64,000 nt of DNA from Patescibacteria group bacterium (GTDB lineage: Bacteria; Patescibacteriota; Patescibacteriia; UBA11705; DATKZF01), in NCBI GenBank assembly GCA_049319825.1, contig JBMORT010000009.1, positions 131,349 through 195,348 of the forward strand, in the 5' to 3' direction. Made by a program: the position numbers and the translations under genes. This document shows positions 19,344-29,522 of the stretch, in pieces; the stretch's first letter is position 1, and each line of letters begins with the position of its first letter. The notes beneath the pieces are model-generated. The model did no database searches. It saw nothing but the letters and a program-made list of their open reading frames with translations, and was not told the origin of the DNA.

Positions 19344-20480
19344 ATGAAAATCGCTCAAGTGGTATGCGTCTTACCGCCGTATGGCGGCGGCATCGGGGTG
19401 GTGGCCCATTTTTATGCCGTTGAATTGGTGAAATTGTTCGGCCATGATGTGCACGTATTTACGCCAAGCTTCAAACAATTGGCGGATGATAAAAGAAATT
19501 ACACCATTCATGGCCTCAGGCCTGTTTTTAGACATGGAAACGCCGCCTGGCTGCCCCAGCTTCGATGGCAATTGAATAATTTCGACATCATCCATTTGCA
19601 CTATCCGTTCCTTGGTGGCGCCGAAGCCGTTTATCATTTGAAAAAAGCAGGGAAAATAAAAAATTTGGTTATCAGCTATCACATGGATTTGGTTGGCGCC
19701 GGCGTAAAAAGTCGAATATTACAAATGTATTCGGGTTTTCACACGCATCGAGTGCTGGATCAGGCCGATCGAATAATCGCGGCTTCTCTTGATTACGTAC
19801 TGGACAGCTCGATTCGCGAATATTATTTATCGCATAAAGAAAAATTTGTAGAATTGCCGTTCGGTGTCAGAAGGATTTATCGCCCCCGAGGCAAAGATCA
19901 ATATTTTATCGATAAATACAAAATCAAAAAGGAAGATAAAGTGCTGTTGTTTGTGGCCGGCCTGGACGCGGCGCATTATTTTAAAGGGGTAAATTATCTT
20001 ATCGACGCCATGAAATATTTGGATGATAATTTTAAATTGATCATCGCCGGGGAAGGGGATTTAAAAAAAGATTATATCGAACAAAGCAAAAATCTTGGTC
20101 TGGAGCGGCGGGTGCATTTCGCCGGCTACGTCGATAAAGAACTTTTGCCGGAGTATTATAATTTGGCCGATTTATTCGTATTGCCATCAATCGACAAATC
20201 CGAAGCATTCGGATTGGTGTTAATCGAGGCTTTGGCGTCGGGTGTACCGGTTATCGCCTCAAATTTAAAAGGGGTGAGAACCGTCGTCGATTCGGGCCGC
20301 TGCGGGTTGCTTTTTCAGCCTAAAAATTCCAGAGATATCGCGGAAAAAGCGAAAATAATATTAAACAATCCAAAAATTCACGAGCAGTTCGCCAAAAACG
20401 CGGCCACCGGCGCCAATAGAAAGTATCGCTGGCCGAACATTGTTTCCAGACTGAATGACATTTACACCGAATTAATATGA
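19344..20480 (+). CDS. GT4 glycosyltransferase
   Basis: KGVNYLI, EAFGLVLIEALASGVPVIAS. Confidence 0.9.
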   Translation: MKIAQVVCVLPPYGGGIGVVAHFYAVELVKLFGHDVHVFTPSFKQLADDKRNYTIHGLRPVFRHGNAAWLPQLRWQLNNFDIIHLHYPFLGGAEAVYHLKKAGKIKNLVISYHMDLVGAGVKSRILQMYSGFHTHRVLDQADRIIAASLDYVLDSSIREYYLSHKEKFVELPFGVRRIYRPRGKDQYFIDKYKIKKEDKVLLFVAGLDAAHYFKGVNYLIDAMKYLDDNFKLIIAGEGDLKKDYIEQSKNLGLERRVHFAGYVDKELLPEYYNLADLFVLPSIDKSEAFGLVLIEALASGVPVIASNLKGVRTVVDSGRCGLLFQPKNSRDIAEKAKIILNNPKIHEQFAKNAATGANRKYRWPNIVSRLNDIYTELI

Positions 20481-21637
20481 AAATCGTCATCATCAGCAAT
20501 TTATACGAACCTTACAGTCGCGGCGGCGCGGAAAAGGTCGTTGGGAACCTGATTGACGGGCTGTCATCGACTCACGAAACAATATTGATCACTACCAAGC
20601 CCAAAGGTTTTGGGCGCGATGAATCAATCAATGGCAGGAAGAAAATATATCGTTTTCGTCCGATTAATTTATATTATTATTTAAATGATTATAAACACAA
20701 TGTCGCGGTTAGACTGATCTGGCATTTTTTCGATCAATTTAATCTACACTCATATTTAAAAATTCGTAAAATATTAAAAGATGAAAAGCCCGATTTGATC
20801 ATCTCTCATAATTTGATGGGAATCGGATTATTAATCCCCCTGGCGCTGAAAAAGTACCGCTGGATTCATACTCTGCACGACGCTCAGCTGATCGTACCCA
20901 GCGGACTGATCTCTAAAGGCCGTGAAGAAGATTTCACAGCGGCCGGTTTTTTAACAAAATTTTATGCCTGGATCAATAAAAAAATATTTGGTTCGCCCGT
21001 TAAAGTAATTTCTCCCTCCCGCTGGCTGCTCGACTTTCACGTAAATCGGGGATTTTTTAAAAATTCAAAAAAATCGGTGATTTTAAACCCGGCCGTTATG
21101 GAGCCGGTGGCCGAGCATCGGCGGCGATCGGACAAAACATTGAATTTATTGTTTCTGGGTCAAATCGAAGAGCATAAAGGCATTTTTTTTCTGGTCGATC
21201 AATTAAAACATCAGTCATTTGATTTTAATTTGAAAATCGCCGGCGCCGGCTCGAAAGCAGCTCGGCTCCGCTCCATTATTAATGGCGACTCGAGATTTGA
21301 CTTTTTGGGCAAAGTGGCGCCATTTCAAGTCAAAATTTTACTTGACCAATGTGATTTTTTAATGGTGCCGTCATTATGCTACGAAAATTCACCGACAGTC
21401 ATTTACGAAGCGTTCAGCCGCGGCGTGCCAGTGATCGCTTCGAATATCGGCGGCATCAGCGAGCTGGTGTTAACCGGACAAACGGGGTATCTGTTCCATG
21501 CCGGCGATCAGCAAACTTTTCGCGAGGCGCTGGATAAGGCAAATAAACCCGACCAATACGAATCGCTTTCTCAAAACTGTTTGAAATTGATGTCAAGGAT
21601 AAGCATCGATGCTTATATAAATGATTTGCTCGCTTGA
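20477..21637 (+). CDS. GT4 glycosyltransferase
   Basis: GGAE, EHKG, ENSPTVIYEAFSRGVPVIAS. Confidence 0.9.
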   Translation: MKIVIISNLYEPYSRGGAEKVVGNLIDGLSSTHETILITTKPKGFGRDESINGRKKIYRFRPINLYYYLNDYKHNVAVRLIWHFFDQFNLHSYLKIRKILKDEKPDLIISHNLMGIGLLIPLALKKYRWIHTLHDAQLIVPSGLISKGREEDFTAAGFLTKFYAWINKKIFGSPVKVISPSRWLLDFHVNRGFFKNSKKSVILNPAVMEPVAEHRRRSDKTLNLLFLGQIEEHKGIFFLVDQLKHQSFDFNLKIAGAGSKAARLRSIINGDSRFDFLGKVAPFQVKILLDQCDFLMVPSLCYENSPTVIYEAFSRGVPVIASNIGGISELVLTGQTGYLFHAGDQQTFREALDKANKPDQYESLSQNCLKLMSRISIDAYINDLLA

Positions 21638-21667
21638 CCATAAATATTGTGATTAACAAAATATCAT

Positions 21668-22615
21668 ATGCGAATAAAGCGCGTCACCAAAAATCAATTG
21701 AGAAAATTAATATTCATCCCCGATGATCAATTTGAAATTTATATGTGGCAGGAAGATACTTTGCATAACAAAAGAATTGCCGACATAAAAAAGTATCATT
21801 ATAAAAAGTCCAGATTCATCAATTCCGAAAAGGGACAAGCCATGTTAAAATGCAAATTGAAAAAAACCGGAGAAATTCATGAGATCGATGTCTGGATCGT
21901 CGACGGGCATCGGTTGCGCAGCGGACATCAGCAAGGGGATGTTGATTTTACCATGGGCGGCCACGGCTATCGCTATCTATACATTCCCAAGCATGAAATA
22001 TGGATTGATCAAATATATTATAAAACGAAAGATTATTGGCCGATAGTTTGGCATGAATACATTGAACGCATATTGATGAGAAACGGGCTGCCTTATAACA
22101 ATTCTCATGACATCGCCTCCGCCCTGGAAATCGTCCATCGCGATGATGATTTCTTTGTTCTGCCCATCGGCACTCATCGCCAAAATCACGCCTGGACTTG
22201 CGGCCCGGCGTCGCTGAAAATCGTTATGGATTATTTGCGGTATCCGGTATCCGAATCGTACCTGACGAGACTGACCAAATGCTCAAGGAAAAAAGGCACG
22301 GATCCGGAAAATATGATAGCGGCCGCCAGAAAAATGCGCTTCGTGGCCGAAGATATGCGTGGCCTGAAGCCGAAGCTGGTGAAAAAAATGATCAGGGCCG
22401 GCATCCCGGTCATCGCCAATTACCAGCTGGAACCGGCAATCGGCGAAGGACATTACGCGGTAATTATCGGCTTCAGTGAAAATGAATATGTGCTCTCCAA
22501 TCCGGCGCTGGATAAAGGATACGAAGTCGTGCCGATAAAAGAATTCCAGAAAAATTGGTACGAGCTGGAAGATAATACGGTTAAACAGGGGATAATTATC
22601 AAAAATGAAGAATAA
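21668..22615 (+). CDS. Two-domain protein: unknown N-terminal domain (HExxE) plus C39-like peptidase
   Basis: QNHAWTCGPASL (Cys), GHYAVIIG (His), LSNPA; N-terminal WHEYIE. Confidence 0.7.
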   Translation: MRIKRVTKNQLRKLIFIPDDQFEIYMWQEDTLHNKRIADIKKYHYKKSRFINSEKGQAMLKCKLKKTGEIHEIDVWIVDGHRLRSGHQQGDVDFTMGGHGYRYLYIPKHEIWIDQIYYKTKDYWPIVWHEYIERILMRNGLPYNNSHDIASALEIVHRDDDFFVLPIGTHRQNHAWTCGPASLKIVMDYLRYPVSESYLTRLTKCSRKKGTDPENMIAAARKMRFVAEDMRGLKPKLVKKMIRAGIPVIANYQLEPAIGEGHYAVIIGFSENEYVLSNPALDKGYEVVPIKEFQKNWYELEDNTVKQGIIIKNEE

Positions 22616-22645
22616 AAAATCACCGACTCAATCGGTGATTTTTTT
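22615..22645. terminator. Bidirectional terminator
   Basis: AAAAATCACCGA-ctcaa-TCGGTGATTTTT. Confidence 0.75.
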
Positions 22646-22656
22646 CGCGATTTAAT

Positions 22657-22977
22657 TCAGATCAAATAATATAATGCCGAGAGAACGGAAAAAATAAATA
22701 TGGAAACAAACAAAAATAAAAAAGTGTAACCGATAATTTCCAGCGCTATCTTGGTTTTTTTATTGATCAAAAAGTACAGCGGATAGCCGAAAATAATCAA
22801 TGCGCAGACGCCCGCGGAAAAAACCAGTAACATTAAAACAATTATGCCCGTCAACAATTCGTGAACTGGCAAGTTGCTTCTGCCGATAAGGAATAATAAA
22901 CCGGAAATTGCGGCCACATAAACGGCCGTGGCCAATGCTTGAGTAAGGGCGATCATCGCCGGATGTAATTTTTTCAT
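22657..22977 (-). CDS. Small 3-TM membrane protein
   Basis: Hydrophobic ORF with LIIFGYP. Confidence 0.65.
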   Translation of the reverse strand: MKKLHPAMIALTQALATAVYVAAISGLLFLIGRSNLPVHELLTGIIVLMLLVFSAGVCALIIFGYPLYFLINKKTKIALEIIGYTFLFLFVSIFIFSVLSALYYLI

Positions 22978-23072
22978 ATTTCGTATTTATTTTACCATTT
23001 AATTATATCAAATATTGTATTTTTTAGGCAAATATGCTATTATCTATATGTTGTCCGACAAATTTGTGATTT

Positions 23073-23146
23073 GGGGGTGTAGTATAGTGGTAGTACAGCG
23101 GTCTCCAAAACCGTTAGCGTGGGTTCGATTCCTACCACCCCTGCCA
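23073..23146 (+). tRNA. tRNA-Trp(CCA)
   Basis: GGGGGTG../..CACCCCT, anticodon arm GCGGT-CT-CCA-AA-ACCGT, GTTCGATT T-loop, encoded CCA. Confidence 0.97.
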
Positions 23147-23271
23147 AGTCGCTGGCGAGCGACGTAAACAAGTGTGATAAATTCGAGCGTTTGTTCGTTT
23201 TTTTATTTTGTTGATAACTATTTTTTATCCTACGGGGCTATTATGTTATAATAGTAATGTTAATTAAGTTT

Positions 23272-24444
23272 ATGAAAAAAATAAAAAAAGTGTTTTCATT
23301 GGCAATTGTATTGGCTTTGCTATTTTGGTCAACGGCGGCGAAAACGAACAATTACGGATTCGTTTCCAATAATATTTGGGTTTCAAACACCTCTCCGATG
23401 TTAGGTGACGTGATAAAAATTTCGTCGGTGGTTGTTAATGACAGCATCAATCAATTTAACGGAGATGTCGTATTTTTTGATAATAACAGCGCCATCAGCT
23501 CCAGCATGTCATTTTCTTTGGCGCCCGGCGATTCCAGTAAGGTATTATCGATTGATTGGACAGCCGCCCCTCAGGGAGACCATCGATTCAAAGCGGAGAT
23601 ATCCAATGCTTATTTTACCGACGAACAAGGCAATATTGAAGCAATTGATGGCAGCTTTTTCAGCCAGATAACGGATATTATCTATGTTGACGTCGATTCC
23701 GATAACGATTCGATCCCGGATAAAATTGAAGAAAATCATGGAACGGATCCGAATAATCCCGATACCGACGGCGATACCGAAGACGATGACATCGATCCCG
23801 ATCCCACGGATCCGACGGTTTTTAGCGGACCGGATACGGATGGCGATGGCACGATAGACGCTCTCGACACGGATAAGGACAATGACGGCCTATATGATTG
23901 GAAAGAGCAAGAAATGGGAACCGACCCGAAAAAATATGACACGGACGGCGATTCCTGCGGCGACAAACAAGACGCCTTTCCCCTCGATGCTCAAAAATGC
24001 GAGTCTGATCCGGAACCGGTAGCTGAACCTGATCAAAACTCGGATCAGCAAAGTAATGACGACGAACAGGCGGAAAATATAAACGAACAGTTCGCCAGCG
24101 CGGATCTATTGGCGACAATGGAAACGATCGCTTCCCCGGAAATTATGGTTGCCAGCGAAGACAACATTTTCGACAGCTTTTCTGATGATGAAAATGGCGG
24201 CCACGGAAATAAATTCGGCTGGTTTAAAAACGGAAAATGGCGCGATTTGTTTTTAAAAATCATGTTGCTGCCGCTGGCTTTATTGATCGCGTTTTTCATG
24301 AAAATGTTATTTTGGGGAACACATCATCTGCCGGCCGGAATAGGGAAATGTCCGGATGCCGCGTCAAAACCGCATTCAAACCACGCTGATAATGCTGATA
24401 AGCATGCTCATCAGGCCGAGGGGAAAAATCATCAGAAGAAATAG
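23272..24444 (+). CDS. Surface protein with Ig/CARDB-like domain, thrombospondin type 3-like Ca-binding repeats and C-terminal TM
   Basis: Signal peptide; repeated DxDxDG..D and GTDP..PDTDGD. Confidence 0.8.
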   Translation: MKKIKKVFSLAIVLALLFWSTAAKTNNYGFVSNNIWVSNTSPMLGDVIKISSVVVNDSINQFNGDVVFFDNNSAISSSMSFSLAPGDSSKVLSIDWTAAPQGDHRFKAEISNAYFTDEQGNIEAIDGSFFSQITDIIYVDVDSDNDSIPDKIEENHGTDPNNPDTDGDTEDDDIDPDPTDPTVFSGPDTDGDGTIDALDTDKDNDGLYDWKEQEMGTDPKKYDTDGDSCGDKQDAFPLDAQKCESDPEPVAEPDQNSDQQSNDDEQAENINEQFASADLLATMETIASPEIMVASEDNIFDSFSDDENGGHGNKFGWFKNGKWRDLFLKIMLLPLALLIAFFMKMLFWGTHHLPAGIGKCPDAASKPHSNHADNADKHAHQAEGKNHQKK

Positions 24445-24458
24445 CTGATCAAATATTT

Positions 24459-24486
24459 ATAAAACTGTCCACCGGGACAGTTTTAT
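24459..24486. terminator. Bidirectional terminator
   Basis: ATAAAACTGTCC-accg-GGACAGTTTTAT. Confidence 0.7.
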
Positions 24487-24538
24487 GATTTGTTTAATGT
24501 ATTTGATCAATAAGAATCGTCATTTCAGTTCAATATGG

Positions 24539-25570
24539 TTAAACCGTATTGGTTTTTGAGGCGACCAGCATGCCGCAAGCGGCATTTATTGATTCGCCAA
24601 AACTGCGCCGCTGAGTAAAAGGAATTTTTTCAAGTTCAAGCAATTTTTTGAAGGCCATCATTTGTTTTGACGATGCTGAAGGCCACTTGATGTTGTTTTT
24701 ACACGCCACCGCGTCGGATTTATGAAATTTGATGATATTGAGGTGAAACAGCGGATGATTGAGCAGCTTTTTTAATTGTCTGGCATCATCTCGCGAATCA
24801 TTGAAACCCGGAATCACAATATACTCAAAGAAAAGTTTGCGCTTTGTCCGCTGAACATATTTTTTACAGGCGGGCATCAGCTGGGTTAAAGGATATTGAT
24901 CATTAACAGGCATTAGTTCGCTTCGTTTTTCATCTTCAGCGGCGTTTAATGAAATTGCCAAATTAACCTGTGGAAAATCATTGGCGAATTTGGCTAGACG
25001 AGGGACTATACCCGCGGTGGAAACCGATATTTTACGCCAACCGATGGGCCAATAATCATGTAATAAGATCAGTGATTCCTTAACCGCGTCGTAATTTAAA
25101 AAAGGCTCGCCCATGCCCATGTAAACAATATTGGAAATCTCAGAATGGCGGGCGGCTAAATAATTAGCGACGGCTTTAACCGTGTCGATTATTTCCGAAG
25201 CGCTCAGATTTCTTGTAACTTTCATGGTGCCGGTGGCGCAAAATTGACAGCCCAAGGGACAGCCTGATTGGCATGATAAGCACAGCGTGGTTCTCTCGCC
25301 ATGTTTCATTGTTACCGCTTCCACCAAATCAGCCGAATCGCTCAATCGAATTAAAAACTTTGTTGTGTCAGATGATTCGGTTACGTGGTCAATAATCACG
25401 GTAGACAGCGGTAATTTGGTGGCCAGCATTTGTCTTAAGTCCTTGGGTAAATTTGAAAAATCATTCCAAGATTCGGGCTTATTTTGAAAATAAAAAAGCA
25501 GCAGCTGTTGGCGACGGAATTTTGGCTGATTGGATTGAATTAAAATATCATCAAGTTTTTTGATATCCAT
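24539..25570 (-). CDS. rlmN: 23S rRNA A2503/tRNA C2-methyltransferase
   Basis: CPLGCQFC, MGMGEP, ISVSTAG, AACG. Confidence 0.92.
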   Translation of the reverse strand: MDIKKLDDILIQSNQPKFRRQQLLLFYFQNKPESWNDFSNLPKDLRQMLATKLPLSTVIIDHVTESSDTTKFLIRLSDSADLVEAVTMKHGERTTLCLSCQSGCPLGCQFCATGTMKVTRNLSASEIIDTVKAVANYLAARHSEISNIVYMGMGEPFLNYDAVKESLILLHDYWPIGWRKISVSTAGIVPRLAKFANDFPQVNLAISLNAAEDEKRSELMPVNDQYPLTQLMPACKKYVQRTKRKLFFEYIVIPGFNDSRDDARQLKKLLNHPLFHLNIIKFHKSDAVACKNNIKWPSASSKQMMAFKKLLELEKIPFTQRRSFGESINAACGMLVASKTNTV

Positions 25571-25665
25571 ATTTTCACAATATAGCATTTTTTAAGCAAT
25601 AGTCAAAATTGCCCGTAGATCGAATAAAGGGTATAATGAAAATGCAATACAATTATTACATTAAT

Positions 25666-26136
25666 ATGGAAAAAGCGATATTCGCTGCCGGCTGTTTTTG
25701 GGGAGTCCAGGACGCGTTTGATAAAATAAATGGCGTTGTTAAAACAACGGTCGGCTATACGGGCGGACGCTCGGAACATCCAACATATGAAGAGGTTAGC
25801 GCCGGCGATACCGGACATGCGGAAGCAATTTTAATCGAATTCAATCCGGCAATTGTTAGTTTCGATCAACTGTTGGAAAAGTTTTGGGAAATACACGATC
25901 CGACACAGTTAAATCGGCAGGGGCAGGATGTGGGCAGTAATTATCGATCCGCCGTTTTTTACTTAAATGACGAACAAAAGAAGCAGGCTGAAAAATCATT
26001 GGCAGCATTGGCGAAATCCGGGAAGTATCGGCATCCGATAGTTACTGTAATCGAAGCCGCGCAAAAATTTTATCCGGCGGAAGAATATCATCAAAAATAT
26101 TTTAAAAAGACCGGAGAAAGCTCCTGTCACATATAA
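25666..26136 (+). CDS. msrA: Peptide-methionine (S)-S-oxide reductase
   Basis: GCFWG, GHAE, AEEYHQKY. Confidence 0.95.
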   Translation: MEKAIFAAGCFWGVQDAFDKINGVVKTTVGYTGGRSEHPTYEEVSAGDTGHAEAILIEFNPAIVSFDQLLEKFWEIHDPTQLNRQGQDVGSNYRSAVFYLNDEQKKQAEKSLAALAKSGKYRHPIVTVIEAAQKFYPAEEYHQKYFKKTGESSCHI

Positions 26137-26140
26137 AAAT

Positions 26141-26356
26141 ATGCGGTGTTCAAATTGCGGCAGTCAAGACATGGTTAAATCGAGGCTCCAGCGAGGGTTT
26201 GGTCAGAAAAATTCGTTTGCCTTCGAACCGGATAAGCGACACTGGACCAGAAAAGGCATTCGACCGGAAGTTTACGTTTGTCGACAGTGCCGTCATGTCA
26301 TGTTTTTCGTCTCCGAGAGGAATTTCGCCAATTTATATATTGATAATCGAGACTGA
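26141..26356 (+). CDS. Small zinc-ribbon protein
   Basis: CSNC...CRQC. Confidence 0.6.
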   Translation: MRCSNCGSQDMVKSRLQRGFGQKNSFAFEPDKRHWTRKGIRPEVYVCRQCRHVMFFVSERNFANLYIDNRD

Positions 26357-26466
26357 AACATAACCAATACGAGAACTGATTCACAGTTCTTTTTGATTTT
26401 TTTATAGAATATTATTAAAATATTAAGACATCGGGCATGGCGGCAGAGCCAGAGGGGGAGGGCGAA

Positions 26467-27474
26467 ATGGAAAAACTGCTGATCTTTGATGCGGGCGCGC
26501 ATCCGGCGCTCTGTCAAACGATTTGTCAATTACTGGAGATCGAGCCCGGACAGGCGGAAGTTCTGGAATTTTCCAATGGCGATATCGCCAACAAGCTGTT
26601 GTCCGATGTGCGCGGTTCCGATTGTTTCGTTATTTCGACTCAAGCGCAGCCCGTGCAATTTCACATTCAAACCACCTTGTCGCTGGTAAAGAATCTGCGA
26701 ATTCATTCGGATGGGATGGTTAGATTGATTTGGGGTTACATGCCCGGAATTCGCAGCGATAAAGTGGATCAGCTGCGCATTTCTTTGGGCGCGCGCGACA
26801 TGGCCGATCAGATCACGGCGGCCGGAGCGCACGGAGTGGTCATTTTGGAACCGCACTTTCCACAAATCGTCGGTTTTTTCGATCAGCGATTGACACGCGT
26901 CGAACCGATCAAAACAGCTTCCATTTTTCTCAATGAAATAGTCAATTCCGGCAATTTCGATTTGAACAATTGCGTCGTGGTGGCCGCCGACCTTGGCAGC
27001 GCCAAACGGTCCGGCACCTTTGCCACCCGGCTGCACGTGGAATTGGCTTTTATCGACAAACGCCGCAACGGCAATACCGAAACGATCAAGCCGGTGGCGG
27101 TGATCGGGAACGTCAAGGGAAGAGATTGTCTGGTGCCGGATGATGAAATCTGCAGCGGCAGCACTTTTATCGAGGACGCCATCTTCCTTTTGGAAAACGG
27201 CGCCCGAACCGTCACCGGCTTTATGACGCACGCACCGCTGACCAATTTGGCGGCGTTGCGGAAAATCGAGGCGATTTCGGAAATTACCGGTTTGCATGTC
27301 ACTGATTCGATTCCGATTTCTCAGGAAAAGCAGGCGACTTGCTCAAAGCTGAGGATCCATTCGGTGGCGCCGCTATTGGCCGGGCTGATTCGCTGCGTTC
27401 ATGAGCGGCGATCGATACACGGTCCGCACGGATTTTTGCAGAGTCTTTACGATAAAAGACTGGTGAAAGGATAG
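26467..27474 (+). CDS. prs: Ribose-phosphate pyrophosphokinase (divergent)
   Basis: FSNGD, RSDK, DLGSAKR, IDKRR, IGNVKGRDC, DDEICSGST, VTDSIP. Confidence 0.85.
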   Translation: MEKLLIFDAGAHPALCQTICQLLEIEPGQAEVLEFSNGDIANKLLSDVRGSDCFVISTQAQPVQFHIQTTLSLVKNLRIHSDGMVRLIWGYMPGIRSDKVDQLRISLGARDMADQITAAGAHGVVILEPHFPQIVGFFDQRLTRVEPIKTASIFLNEIVNSGNFDLNNCVVVAADLGSAKRSGTFATRLHVELAFIDKRRNGNTETIKPVAVIGNVKGRDCLVPDDEICSGSTFIEDAIFLLENGARTVTGFMTHAPLTNLAALRKIEAISEITGLHVTDSIPISQEKQATCSKLRIHSVAPLLAGLIRCVHERRSIHGPHGFLQSLYDKRLVKG

Positions 27475-27701
27475 TAAACATATTATCCTTTTTTATTAAC
27501 AGCCGAATAAAGAATAAATGTGGTATAATGACATCATGGAAAATCAAAATCAAGGCAAGGCATTCAATGTGGTTGTCGTGATATTTATAATATTTATGAT
27601 CGCCTTGTTTGTGTATTTGATGAAAGCGAATTTGTCCAGCGATCGATATCAATTGCCCATGCCCGATTTATCCGAAACATCTAGATAAAAAAATAAAAAA
27701 T

Positions 27702-28550
27702 ATGGCAAAAATAAAAAGAAAAAATACCCGGCCCAAAATCAGTTTTTCCATGCTCTGGCAAAATTTGTTAACTTTCGCGATCGCTCAATTACTGGCGCTG
27801 GCCACGGCCATTCCGTTGCTTTCGGAAAAAGTCTACACCAGCTATTCCGCGCCCGTGCCCTGGTATTATTTTGTGGTGTCGCTGGCGATCGCCACCATGT
27901 TCGTGATATTGGCGATCAAGTATTTAAAAGGAGGCCGGTTTTTTGTTTTGGTCTTTTATTTTGTGATCGTACTGGGCGCCATGGAAGTTTTTGCCAATTA
28001 TATGACGACTGAATTGGCCATTGCCTGCGCTTTAATAATACTGGTGCTCAGAATAACCGCGCCCAGAATTTGGACTCATAATCTGGCGATAATAATGGGA
28101 TTGGCCGGAGTTTCGGCCTCGATCGGTTTGGACCTGATGCCGCTGGGTGTCGTGATAATTTTGGTGGTTCTGTCAATCTACGATTACATCGCCGTTTATA
28201 AAACCAAAACAATGGTAAAAATGTTTGAAGGCATGATGTCGCGAGGCGTTATTTTTTCCATTATTATTCCGCAGCACGCCAAAAATTGGTTTACCGATCT
28301 GAAAAAAGTGAAAAGAAATGAAGGCTTTATGTTTTTGGGCACCGGAGATATCGCGCTGCCCATGTTGTTTGCCGCCGCCTGCCTGAATATCAGCATGATC
28401 AGTGCCATTGCGGTGATCATCGGCGCGACTGTTGGTGTTCTGGCCATTCATTTATCGCTGGCAATCTCTGCCAAACGGGCTCCGATGCCAGCTTTGCCGC
28501 CGATCGCGCTGTTTTCAATTTTGGGATTTCTGATTTCCTTATATTTATAG
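27702..28550 (+). CDS. Presenilin/signal-peptide-peptidase family (A22) intramembrane aspartyl protease
   Basis: IYDYIAV, LGTGD, PMPALPP. Confidence 0.88.
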   Translation: MAKIKRKNTRPKISFSMLWQNLLTFAIAQLLALATAIPLLSEKVYTSYSAPVPWYYFVVSLAIATMFVILAIKYLKGGRFFVLVFYFVIVLGAMEVFANYMTTELAIACALIILVLRITAPRIWTHNLAIIMGLAGVSASIGLDLMPLGVVIILVVLSIYDYIAVYKTKTMVKMFEGMMSRGVIFSIIIPQHAKNWFTDLKKVKRNEGFMFLGTGDIALPMLFAAACLNISMISAIAVIIGATVGVLAIHLSLAISAKRAPMPALPPIALFSILGFLISLYL

Positions 28551-28628
28551 GTTGGCTGAACGGGTAATTTAAATTTGCCAGGCGAGGCTTTGAATTTATT
28601 CATTAAAACCTATCATTAGCGAAAAAGT

Positions 28629-29522
28629 ATGTGGATTGTCGTCGCGGTTGTCGGTTACTTCTTTTTTTCCGTCACCGGATTGGTCGATAAATTAATTTTA
28701 TCTGAAGTAAAAAGACCGAGAGCTTACGCGGCAGTTGTCGGCATTTTGGGATTAACGGGCGTGTTATTGGCGATATTCGGATTTGAATGGCCGCGTCCCG
28801 AATTGTTGTTTTTATGCTTGATTGCCGGCGCTTTATACATTATCGGTCTGGTGCCTTTTTATAAAGCCATACAGCTCGGACAGCCCAGCAGAGTAATTTC
28901 TTTTTTCGGCGGATTACTGCCTGTTTTCGTGCTGATTATGAGCGTCTCTTCCGGGATTGAGTTTTTAAGGCCGCTCCAATATCTGGCTTTTTTCATCATC
29001 ATGATTGGCGGCTATTTGATCACCGTAGAGTCGAGACGTAAAAAATCGCCATACTCGGCCTACGCTTGGTCCGGCTTGGCGGCACTGCTGATAGCCGGTT
29101 TTTATTTTTTAAGCAAATATATTTTTTTACAAACTGATTTTCTTTCCGGTTTCGTATTAATGAGAATCGGCGGATTGGGGGGCAGTTTGATTTTATTATT
29201 TTATCCGGGCACTTTTCATGAAATCTACGCCGATCTAAAAGCCCAAAAAAGTAAACAGACTCAAAGAACCGGCGGTTTGGTTTTGATTTCTCAAATCAGC
29301 GCGGCGCTCGCGTTTATTTTAATCAATTACGCCGTATCCATCGGCAAAGTCAGCCTGGTCAACGCGCTAACCGGCACCCAATTTGTTTTTCTGCTGTTAT
29401 TGGCATCGTTTTTTTCAAAAAGATATCCCCAGCTCAAGGAATCAATCGATAAAAAAAATATTTTTCAAAAAATTTCGGCGATTGTATTGATTGCCATCGG
29501 CTTGGCGATATTGGTTTTATGA
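28629..29522 (+). CDS. EamA/DMT family transporter
   Basis: ~10 TMs in two repeats. Confidence 0.8.
   Translation: MWIVVAVVGYFFFSVTGLVDKLILSEVKRPRAYAAVVGILGLTGVLLAIFGFEWPRPELLFLCLIAGALYIIGLVPFYKAIQLGQPSRVISFFGGLLPVFVLIMSVSSGIEFLRPLQYLAFFIIMIGGYLITVESRRKKSPYSAYAWSGLAALLIAGFYFLSKYIFLQTDFLSGFVLMRIGGLGGSLILLFYPGTFHEIYADLKAQKSKQTQRTGGLVLISQISAALAFILINYAVSIGKVSLVNALTGTQFVFLLLLASFFSKRYPQLKESIDKKNIFQKISAIVLIAIGLAILVL

Noticed and set aside
23073-23146. tRNA-Trp or tRNA-Thr as integration sites
   Set aside because: No integrase and no duplicated tRNA 3' end seen in the window.
23695-23990. GAT/GAC-rich repetitive DNA
   Set aside because: Explained by Asp-rich TSP3-like protein repeats.
26530-27297. 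255-aa - strand ORF
   Set aside because: Antisense to prs; no independent evidence.
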